Source: Tubiluchus corallicola
Taxonomy: Eukaryota > Animalia > Priapulida
Direction: 5' to 3'
Length of the DNA stretch: 64,000 bases
NCBI GenBank assembly: GCA_030141605.1
Contig: JAQGDQ010000110.1
Location: 124,001 to 188,000 of the forward strand
The notes under the pieces were generated by a model that was given only the letters and a program-made list of their open reading frames with translations, ran no database searches and had not been told where the DNA came from. Of this stretch, positions 40,450 through 49,202 are shown one piece after another; the stretch's first letter is position 1, and each line of letters opens with the position of its first letter. The position numbers were made by a program, and so were the translations under genes.

Positions 40450-43400
40450 TGTTATGTATTTATCTAATTGTGATGTCTGGTGAATAAATTATGTTTATCA
40501 GTAATGGCTGCTTGTGCGTAGTTCACAATAAAATGTGGCGACTCTTGATGGGATAGTTATCGCTGTATGAAGATTTTTAGTGAAAATTTAGATGGCGAAT
40601 GCACAGATAATTGGGTCCGTCAGCGAGTTTAATTCCAGTAAGGAAGATTGGTGTAACTACCAGCAGCGGTTAGAAGCGTGGATGAGAGCGAATAGTATTA
40701 ATGACCAACAGAAGGTAGATGTTTTCTTGTCATTAATTGGTCCGGAAGCGTTTAGCTTAGTGTCCTCTCTTGTAACGCCAGATCCGGTGAATACGAAAAC
40801 TTATGTGGAACTGACAAATAAATTATCGGATTATTATAAACCACGCCGTAATAAGATAGCCGAGAGACTAAGACTCCGTGACAGAAAACAGCGTGAAGGT
40901 GAATCCATTGCGGAATATATTGTAGAGCTACAGAAATGCAGTAAATATTGCGAATTTTCAGCTCAAGAGCTGTCTGACAACTTGCGTGACACTTTTGTGT
41001 GTGGGCTTCGCACAGGATTAATACAAAAGAAATTATTGGAAAGCTCTGATTTAACGTGGAACACAGCTCGGGAGATAGCATTAAATATGGAGGCAGCTAC
41101 ACGAGACACAAGTACACTTTCTGGCAGTGGATATGGTTCATCCGAGGTAAACTACACTGGAAGAGGTAAAAATTGGAGAAAGAAATTGGTAAAACCTAGT
41201 TACCCGATGACTGTAAATAAACCGCATGTTTCAAGTAAATGTGGTCGGTGTTTGGGTGCGCATGAGGCATGGAGATGTCAGTTTAGGAATGCCAAATGTT
41301 ATAAATGTTCAAAAATTGGGCATATCGCAAAGGTATGTAGAAGTGGACGTGGTTATGGACGTGGAAGTGGACGTGGACTACCTGGAAATACCAATAGTGT
41401 TAATCCAGACAGTGATTGTGCTGACGTGGTTCAAATTAGTTCCTTGTATAATCTTGGTACAGCAAAAAGTGCTACTACGAATGAGTACCAAGTGAGTGTC
41501 ATTGTGAACAGGAAGCCAGTTTTGTTTACAGTAGATACTGGAGCTATGGTATCAGTTGTATCAGAAGCTGAGTATCAGGAAAAATTTTCTATTCTGCCTT
41601 TGCAACGCACTAATTTAAAACTTCGTAGTTACTGTGGTAATGAAGTACCGGTGTTAGGTCAAATACATGTTAGTGTGTGCTATGCAGGTCAGCAAGTGAC
41701 CCTTCCACTTGTTGTGGTTAAAGGTGATCGTGTTCCGTTATTGGGACGAAACTGGTTGAAGCATCTTAAGCTAAATTGGTCTGAAATTTTTAACGTATAT
41801 AAGCCTACATGTGGTGCCACAGTTGATAGTGTGATGGAAAAACACAAGTCAGTTTTTCAGTCATGTAGTAAACCGATTGAAAGCTACAAAGCACACATTG
41901 AGCTTAAACAAGGTGCAAGACCTATATTTTGGAGACCACGACCAGTACCCTATGCTCTTAAGGATGCTGTGGATGAGGAGTTAACCCGGTTAGAAAACAA
42001 TGGTATTATAAAGAAAGTGGAAAATAGCAAATGGGCTGCTCCAATAGTGGTTGTCCCCAAAAAGAAAACTGGGAAGGTCAGGATTTGTGGTGATTATAAG
42101 GTCACAGTAAATCAGATGGTGGAAGACGAACCGCATGATTTTCCGACAACAGCTGATATGTTTGCGACCCTATCAGGTGGTAAAATTTTTACCAAGTTGG
42201 ATTTAACAAATGCATATCAACAGCTAGAACTAGACGAAGAGTCTAAAGAATTACTGACTGTGAACACTCATCGAGGCCTTTACCAGTATCAACGTCTTGC
42301 TTTTGGTGTGAAAACTGCGCCAGCAATTTTCCAGAAAATGATGGATAAAATTTTGTGTGGTGTTGAGCATACATGTTGTAAAATAGATGATATTTTAATT
42401 AGTGCACGTGATGACAAGGAGCATGTTAAATTGCTAGATAATGTGCTTACTAGATTAGCTAACCATAATATACATCTAGGCAGAGATAAATGTTATGTAG
42501 GTGTTCAAAGTGTTGAATTTTTAGGTCATATGATTGAGCCAGCTGGAGTTAGACCTACCGAAGAAAAGGTAGAAGCCATTCTTAAAGCTAAAACTCCCAG
42601 AAATGTTTCTGAGCTTAGATCATTCTTAGGTATTGTAAATTACTACTCACATTTCTTGCCTGATTTATCAACTACCTTTGCTCCTTTGTACCAGTTGTTG
42701 CAAAAAGGTGTTCCATGGAAATGGTCATCAGAGTGTGACAGTGCACTAGGTAAAGTTAAACAGTGCTTAACTAGTGATTCATTGTTAGTGCACTATGATT
42801 TAAAGAAGCCACTCACCTTGGCATGTGATGCTTCACCATTTGGTGTGGGTTGTGTCATATCGCACATCATGGAAAATGGCGAAGAACGTCCGATTGCTTA
42901 TGCATCTAGAACCTTGACAGCTGCAGAGAAGGGTTACAGTCAGATTGAAAAGGAGGCACTTGGCATAGTGTATGGTGTTCAGAAGTTTCACAAATATTTG
43001 TATGGGCGGCATTTTACATTGTATACCGATCATAAGCCTTTGACTACCATCTTTGGGCCAAAAACAGCTGTGCCTACTCTTGCTGCGTTAAGACTACAGC
43101 GTTGGTCTTTAATTCTTATGGGCTATGAATATGACGTCCGTTACAGAAAGTCAAGTGAGCATGAAAATGCTGATACATTGTCTAGGTTTCCATTATCAGG
43201 TTGTACTTTAGCAACTGAGTTGGATGTTAATTATTTTTCTTATGTAAATGATTTGCCAGTTACAGCAAAGAGTATCAGTGAAGAATCTCGTAAAGATCCT
43301 ATTTTGTCTAGAGTATGGTATCATGTCATGAACGGTTGGCCGGCTCAGGTAGATCAAAATAGTCCTTTAATGCCTTATTTTCTTAGACGCCATGAGTTGT

Positions 43401-45218
43401 CTAATGACAATGGTTGTCTTCTTTGGGGGTTACGTGTCATTATACCACCCCGTTTCCAGTCTCAACTACTTGACGAATTGCACCGTGAGCATTTTGGAAT
43501 GGTACGTTTGAAAGCTTTAGCTCGTTCTTATTTTTGGTATCCTGGCTTAGATGCTGATATCGAAAATTTAGTAAAAGGCTGTAGTGTATGCCTTAGTGTT
43601 AGAAATAATCCAGTGCGTGCACCAGTAATTCCTTGGAAATTTCCGTCTAAAGTGTGGGAGAGAGTGCACATTGATTTCTTTGAGATTGATGGGAAGCATT
43701 TCCTTATCTTGGTTGATGCCTATTCTAAATGGTTAGAGATACAGTATATGCCATCTACAACTTCTACAAGAACAATCGAAGTACTTGGTACTTGGTTTGC
43801 TTCTTTTGGGCTACCTGTTGAGTTAGTATCTGACAATGGGCCTCAACTGGTATCTGAAGAGTTTGAGAACTTCTTGAGATCAAATGGTGTAAAACATTCT
43901 GTTTCTCCTATTTACCATGCACAGAGTAATGGTGCTGCTGAACGTAATGTTCAAACTGCAAAATTAGCTTTAACTAAATACATGATGGAAGCTAAGAATA
44001 TACCTTACATGACTATTTGTAAAATGCTGAATAACTTTTTACTTACTTATAGGAATACTCCACATAGTACAACTGGACGTAGTCCAGCAGAACTTATGTT
44101 GCAGAGAATGCCTAGAATTAGATTTAGTATGTTAAAGCCAGATTTAAGAGAGGAAGTGGTTAGTAAGCAGGAGAAAACAGTTGATCATGATAAAACTGTT
44201 CGTGAATTCTCTGTAGGTGAGACAGTTAGGGTGAGGAATCACCGTGGAGGTGTGCTTAAGTGGGACATTGGCAAAGTTCTAAAGAGAATTGGTGTTGTTA
44301 GGTACAGAGTTAAGATTGGTTATCAGGTTAAGCATGTACATGTAAATCATATGCTGAAAAGTGGAGAATTCGTTAAGGATGATGATTGTGTAAAATTGGA
44401 TGGGTCTACAGATGATGTAATCGAAGTTCCAGTTAGTCAGCCTGTGGCTGAATCTGAAACATTGCCTGTAAAAGATTCAAGTTCCATTGCTGAATCAGTT
44501 AAAAATTTTGATGATGATTTACCGACTGTAGACAAACCTTCAATTTTTGAAAAAGATCATCCAGTAACGGTATTGCCTAAACCACCTGTAGAACCTGTTA
44601 GACGATCCAGTAGAATCAGGAAGGCTCCTGATAGGTTGATTGAGTCTGTGTGATTTGTTTGCAAATTGATACCTTAATTGAAATAATTTAGTACTGATTT
44701 GGAATTTCTGTATTAGGGCACATACAAATTGGTGTTTGTATTTTCATTGGCTAATTGTCATTATAGCTTATAATAGTTATTCTGATTGAAGATTTCTTTT
44801 GGTATACTATACCTAATTAGAGTTATATTACACGTAATTAGGTCTACTTGTTACTTACGTGTTTTAGTTGTCGCAATTCATTATAGTTGTGTTCAATTAT
44901 TTTGAGAATTCAGTACATATTACTCTGGCTGTTTGATGGGTTTTCCCCAAATTACTTTACTGTGTAAATTTGAATGGTTTGAGAGAGAATCAAACAAGTT
45001 AAATAATGCCTAAAAGTTCACAGTGGTGTATTCATTGTGCATTGAAGTTGTATTGCACATTTCAAAAACCATCTTTTGTTGATTTTCCTAAATGTGTTAA
45101 GTTTATTTGATGCTAGTTTATATCTAGAGGGGAGGATTGTTATGTATTTATCTAATTGTGATGTCTGGTGAATAAATTATGTTTATCAGTAATGGCTGCT
45201 TGTGCGTAGTTCACAATA
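40450..45218 (+). mobile_element. Intact full-length Ty3/gypsy retrotransposon, Mag-like
   Basis: Identical 81-bp LTRs 40450-40530 and 45138-45218; target duplication CTGAC (40445-40449, 45219-45223); PBS TGGCGACTCTTGATGGGA at 40536 resembling the tRNA-Arg(UCU) 3' end; PPT AGAGGGGAGGA 45126-45136. Confidence 0.96.
40592..44653 (+). CDS. Gag-Pol polyprotein (Gag with two zinc knuckles, protease, RT, RNase H, integrase), 1353 aa
   Basis: CGRCLGAHEAWRC and CYKCSKIGHIAKVC knuckles, VDTGA protease, KLDLTNAYQQL and KIDD in RT, CDASPFGVG and TDHKPL RNase H, integrase HIDF / SDNGPQ / AERNVQ; no stops. Confidence 0.96.
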   Translation: MANAQIIGSVSEFNSSKEDWCNYQQRLEAWMRANSINDQQKVDVFLSLIGPEAFSLVSSLVTPDPVNTKTYVELTNKLSDYYKPRRNKIAERLRLRDRKQREGESIAEYIVELQKCSKYCEFSAQELSDNLRDTFVCGLRTGLIQKKLLESSDLTWNTAREIALNMEAATRDTSTLSGSGYGSSEVNYTGRGKNWRKKLVKPSYPMTVNKPHVSSKCGRCLGAHEAWRCQFRNAKCYKCSKIGHIAKVCRSGRGYGRGSGRGLPGNTNSVNPDSDCADVVQISSLYNLGTAKSATTNEYQVSVIVNRKPVLFTVDTGAMVSVVSEAEYQEKFSILPLQRTNLKLRSYCGNEVPVLGQIHVSVCYAGQQVTLPLVVVKGDRVPLLGRNWLKHLKLNWSEIFNVYKPTCGATVDSVMEKHKSVFQSCSKPIESYKAHIELKQGARPIFWRPRPVPYALKDAVDEELTRLENNGIIKKVENSKWAAPIVVVPKKKTGKVRICGDYKVTVNQMVEDEPHDFPTTADMFATLSGGKIFTKLDLTNAYQQLELDEESKELLTVNTHRGLYQYQRLAFGVKTAPAIFQKMMDKILCGVEHTCCKIDDILISARDDKEHVKLLDNVLTRLANHNIHLGRDKCYVGVQSVEFLGHMIEPAGVRPTEEKVEAILKAKTPRNVSELRSFLGIVNYYSHFLPDLSTTFAPLYQLLQKGVPWKWSSECDSALGKVKQCLTSDSLLVHYDLKKPLTLACDASPFGVGCVISHIMENGEERPIAYASRTLTAAEKGYSQIEKEALGIVYGVQKFHKYLYGRHFTLYTDHKPLTTIFGPKTAVPTLAALRLQRWSLILMGYEYDVRYRKSSEHENADTLSRFPLSGCTLATELDVNYFSYVNDLPVTAKSISEESRKDPILSRVWYHVMNGWPAQVDQNSPLMPYFLRRHELSNDNGCLLWGLRVIIPPRFQSQLLDELHREHFGMVRLKALARSYFWYPGLDADIENLVKGCSVCLSVRNNPVRAPVIPWKFPSKVWERVHIDFFEIDGKHFLILVDAYSKWLEIQYMPSTTSTRTIEVLGTWFASFGLPVELVSDNGPQLVSEEFENFLRSNGVKHSVSPIYHAQSNGAAERNVQTAKLALTKYMMEAKNIPYMTICKMLNNFLLTYRNTPHSTTGRSPAELMLQRMPRIRFSMLKPDLREEVVSKQEKTVDHDKTVREFSVGETVRVRNHRGGVLKWDIGKVLKRIGVVRYRVKIGYQVKHVHVNHMLKSGEFVKDDDCVKLDGSTDDVIEVPVSQPVAESETLPVKDSSSIAESVKNFDDDLPTVDKPSIFEKDHPVTVLPKPPVEPVRRSSRIRKAPDRLIESV

Positions 45219-45223
45219 CTGAC

Positions 45224-45766
45224 CTATTAGCAAGTAATTTTAGTCTGGCGAAACTAAAAACATTGCAAACTTCGCCATCGGGAATGACAGATGGAAAACC
45301 ACTTGACTTTTCCCTAGAGGAAAGCCAAAAACTCTTATTAACTCGACAAAAATTTTTGGACCAAACTGATGAATTATTCAAAACTAATCCTGTTGACTTT
45401 TCAAATCATCGTGGTGCATCACTAACAACCTATTTGTTCATAGCAATTATTATTGTATTTATAATAATTTATGTAACTTGTCGTACGAAAATTAAGATGG
45501 CGTGTTGCCCCCGCCTCACAAACCCCAAGACCTCCATTACCAAACCCAAACCATCTCAAGATAGCTCCCGAGATATTAGCTCCAGCCATCCTAACCCTTC
45601 GACGTCGCACCCAAACCCTGTAAAGCGTAACCGGATACCTTCGTATCAAACACCCCCACAATTCCTACCAAAAACAGAACCGATTGTTCGATACACTCCA
45701 ACCAACAACTCCATCGATTTCGTCTATCCTTCTTTACAAACCATACAAGAAGATGAAGCGGCATAA
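45224..45766 (+). pseudogene. C-terminal part of an env-like type I membrane protein of the outer element, split by the nested insertion
   Basis: Removing the nested element gives an in-frame join SAFCASKYTSGHKTLNLSTWDAD-LLASNFSL; then an amphipathic helix (LEESQKLLLTRQKFLDQTDELF), a TM segment YLFIAIIIVFIIIYVTC and a Pro/Ser-rich tail; lies in the usual env position after pol. The env call is inference. Confidence 0.5.
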
Positions 45767-45819
45767 AACCCATACCCATTTCATTTTATCTTATTTTATT
45801 CATTTGTTTTACTATACAG

Positions 45820-46294
45820 TTATAACCAAGACGTTGAGGAGAATCTTTCAAAGTTAGATGACAGCATAGACAAATTTTTGCAGGGACTCAACGACTCCTA
45901 TGAGGTCAATTACAACCTGATCCGTAATACACTTACAACACCTGAAACACCTCAAACCACCTCCGCACCAAACACCTTCGAGAGTGATGACCACTTTCTA
46001 CCATTACAATTTTCCTTTTTACGAAATACGCCTTTAAGTCCAGAAGAAATATACACATTTCTTAAATCGCCAATCCCACCATTCACGGACATTCCAAAGG
46101 ATGTCAGTAAAACAGTGCAGACAGACTTGACCTGTAAACCAAACGATGAAATTGAATTTACTATCTCTAAACTGCTACCTACTGTTTATAACAAACAGAC
46201 ACAAACAGATCAGACATTTTCTCCCGATGTGCTAGTCGCCCTAAAACACCCCCCATTGAAAAATACTTTCATTAACAACCTCGCTCCAATCTAA
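45820..46294 (+). CDS. Accessory ORF A of the outer retroelement (Thr/Pro-rich, no ATG, possibly entered by splicing)
   Basis: Frame is open 45767-46294; strong acceptor-like TTTTATTCATTTGTTTTACTATACAG ends at 45819. Confidence 0.35.
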
Positions 46295-46355
46295 CTTATA
46301 CAAGGTTTGGTCTTACAGTAATCTTTTGACGCTTAAATATCACTTAACTCACAGC

Positions 46356-46544
46356 ATGAATATGCCACCGCCTGCTTCTAACAGCCGCCCTAATTTGCAT
46401 AACGATCGCGCTACAGAAGTTATCTCACGTCACGCGTATGTGATCGTAATCAGCCTAACACTACTTGTCTTCTGTATATTAATAATCGGCATATTATTTG
46501 CCGTTTGTGAAAGAAAATGCGAAATGACTGAACGGGAAAATTAA
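46356..46544 (+). CDS. Accessory ORF B, small single-pass membrane protein (62 aa)
   Basis: ATG 46356; hydrophobic run YVIVISLTLLVFCILIIGILFAVC followed by a charged tail. Confidence 0.35.
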   Translation: MNMPPPASNSRPNLHNDRATEVISRHAYVIVISLTLLVFCILIIGILFAVCERKCEMTEREN

Positions 46545-46637
46545 AAAACTAAAATACTAAATGAATAATTGAATAATGAATGATTGAATTAAAAAACTAA
46601 AATACTAAATGAATAATTGAATAATGAATGATTGAAT
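46541..46637. repeat. 48-bp tandem duplication
   Basis: TTAAAAAACTAAAATACTAAATGAATAATTGAATAATGAATGATTGAA twice. Confidence 0.85.
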
Positions 46638-46959
46638 ACCTTAACCTTTTTTTCTCAAAATCCCCCCTTTCCTAAAAGCTTAAACCTTAAATCTTGCCAG
46701 GTGCTAGGAAGCCACCATAAAACAGCTGACAGCTGTCAATCATCTACCAGGCAGCGACGAGACTGCATCTACATCTGTGATTCTTCAGCATAGAACTTCA
46801 GCACTCATAGAACTTCCGCGTAGTGGTAAATTTATTGCATCTGTGTTGCTTCAGAATTCATAGAACTTCCGTGTAGACTAAAGAAAATTTTGTTATGTGG
46901 TGAAGTACATTGACATTAAAGAAAATCTTGTTCTGTGTTAAAGTACATTAACAGTGCAA

Positions 46960-47310
46960 ATGAAGTTAAATATTCGACTTTTAGTAACTTATAAATATCG
47001 AAAACAACCGTTTCGAAAAACTTATTATTGTGTCAACTACAAACGGAGTCAATTTATTCTACTAGATCTACCGCATACCAAATATTTCAGAAGATATACG
47101 TTAAGTGTGATCAACTTTAAACCTTACGTTGATAAATACTTAACTATGCGGGCAGTCAGACGTTTCAAACAATATAAACTTTACGACTTTCAGAATCAAA
47201 CAACATTGTCTTCTATAAACTGCCATTATTTCATGCGTTGCCAAAATTATTTTGAACACTTAATGGGAGAGCCACATACTTGTGTTGATTCGGATTTCAG
47301 TGCAATTTAA
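46960..47310 (+). CDS. Accessory ORF C, basic 116-aa protein with a Cys/His-rich end, function unknown
   Basis: ATG 46960, Lys/Arg/Tyr-rich, ends CHYFMRCQNYFEHLMGEPHTC; same strand as the other cargo ORFs. Confidence 0.35.
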   Translation: MKLNIRLLVTYKYRKQPFRKTYYCVNYKRSQFILLDLPHTKYFRRYTLSVINFKPYVDKYLTMRAVRRFKQYKLYDFQNQTTLSSINCHYFMRCQNYFEHLMGEPHTCVDSDFSAI

Positions 47311-47368
47311 AACATTCAGACTTCAGTGCAATTTAAAACATTCAGACTTCAATGTAATTAGTTAAGAC

Positions 47369-48235
47369 ATGTCAAGCACCGTCACACGAAGTTGTTTAGT
47401 CTGCTTTGCACCAAGTTCTGCTAGACACTGGTCAATTTACGTGCAGTGCATGCAGATATTTTTTCTACAGACAACAGCACACTCGGAAGGCGCCTCCACA
47501 ACAAGAGTGCGTCGGAGAATGTCGAATTACCCCAGACACCAGACGCTATTGCCAATATTGTAGACTTAATAAATGCATAGCAGTTGGACTACAACCCACG
47601 TCGCCACACTTCGGAAGATCTGCAAGACAGCGCCGAAACTGCCTCAAAGCTCTATTGACCAGCCGTATCAAATCCATTGGTCAAATGGCAAACCAACTAT
47701 TACCAGTCGCAGTACGCATTACGATTCAAAAAAACACAACTTCAGCCAGAATTACAAACATTACCTCTTAATGACCAAATAATTCTGCTTAAATCCGCTA
47801 TACCAAGTATTGTACTATTATGGATAAATACGTTGATTAACTTTGCCTCACTTGCACAGCAGACAGTCCCTCAGCACCAAATCAGCGATTTTGACGAGTT
47901 TACACAACAACTATAAAACTGCACAGGCCATTATGTTAGTTCGACCATCGCAAAATGAACTCGAAATCTTAACAAATATTCCACTGTTTGACTCAAGCTG
48001 CCTCAACCTAGAGAGACCAGATCAAGTAGCTATTTTTCACGCCATATGGATACAGAGATTTAATCACGAGATTGCCATGACATGGCCTTTCAGATTTACC
48101 TCACAAATGGCTGCTCTAAGCAATTTTCAGGCATTATACCAAGCCGTCATTGCATTTGCAACACGTCTCCAGTATTCACAACTGACCCCGGATCAAAACG
48201 CTTACTTTCAACTAAGGGAAGAGAATAATATGTAA
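47369..48235 (+). pseudogene. Intronless nuclear hormone receptor (C4 zinc-finger DBD plus LBD), three frameshifts, inside the retroelement
   Basis: CLVCFAPSSARH-(shift 47429)-GQFTCSACRYFFYR..CVGECRITPDTRRYCQYCRLNKCIAVGL; LBD signature PELQTLPLNDQIILLK (shift near 47730); then (shift near 47915) YKTAQAIMLVRPSQNELEILTNIPLFDSSCLNLERPDQV. Confidence 0.88.
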
Positions 48236-48494
48236 TGTAGAGAATGATTTGTATAATGTAGAGAATGATTTGTATTTTGAACTCATGATTTGTATTTTGA
48301 ACTCATGATATGTGAACACACTTTGAACTCGTGAGCTCATGATATGTGAACACTTTGAACTCATGAGATGTGAACTCTGATGTGTGTTTTAAATATATGT
48401 TTTAAAAATATACTCATACTTTGAACTTTGATGAACTTTGCACCTCGAACTTTGAACTCATGATATGTGTTAAACAAAGTAATTGACGTGAACT
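48231..48494. repeat. Degenerate short tandem repeat array rich in TGAACT (AGTTCA) hexamers
   Basis: Exact TGAACT at 48278, 48298, 48324, 48356, 48371, 48422, 48432, 48453, 48489; recurring TTTGAACTCATGAT unit. Confidence 0.8.
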
Positions 48495-49202
48495 TATGTG
48501 TGCCTTAAACTAGGGGTGCTTAAAGAAAAAAAAATAGTATAGCTATATCTAATAAAATTAATGATGACGATTAAATATATGATGATGAACGTTAGGATGA
48601 TATACTTGGAACCTTGCTAACACAACCTTGTTTTAATATAAACGATGTACCGTGCTATATATATATATATATATAGGATGATGGTGATGGTATATATATA
48701 TATACCATCACCTATTGGAATGACTATCGAATGGTATTCTAAACTGTGTGATTGGTAATGTTGTGACTGTATTTTAAAGAAAAATGTTCGTCATAATGAT
48801 ATTATATATACTCGAACCATGATGTATGTTGCTGAAGCCCTGAATAATGTAATCACCAAAGATAATACTCCAGCATATAAAAGCTTAACCTATATATTCG
48901 CACGTAACCATGCGTATTAGGTGTTGTAAAATGTAACCTCAATATAAAGGGCGCAGCGCGCCTATTTCCTCCATACTTAAAAAGAATGCATTCAGGTTGC
49001 CTAGACATAGAAAAACATATTATAGTTATGAGTAATTTCAAGTAATTAATGCCATGTATTTTAACGGATGTTTATGACAAATATTTAATGCCATGAATTT
49101 TAACGTATGTTTATGATAAATATTAATGGTGTCACGTGTAGTTTAATCTGCCAGCCCCGAGAAAATAAATTCTTTACTAGAAAGAGAGGAGTAAAGAGAA
49201 TC

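Noticed and set aside
45179-45223. ATG start of the 195-aa ORF 45179-45766
   Set aside because: These codons come from the nested element's 3' LTR; the original frame continues from 40449.
48231-48494. CRISPR-like repeat-spacer array
   Set aside because: Eukaryotic context, no cas genes, irregular units without unique spacers.
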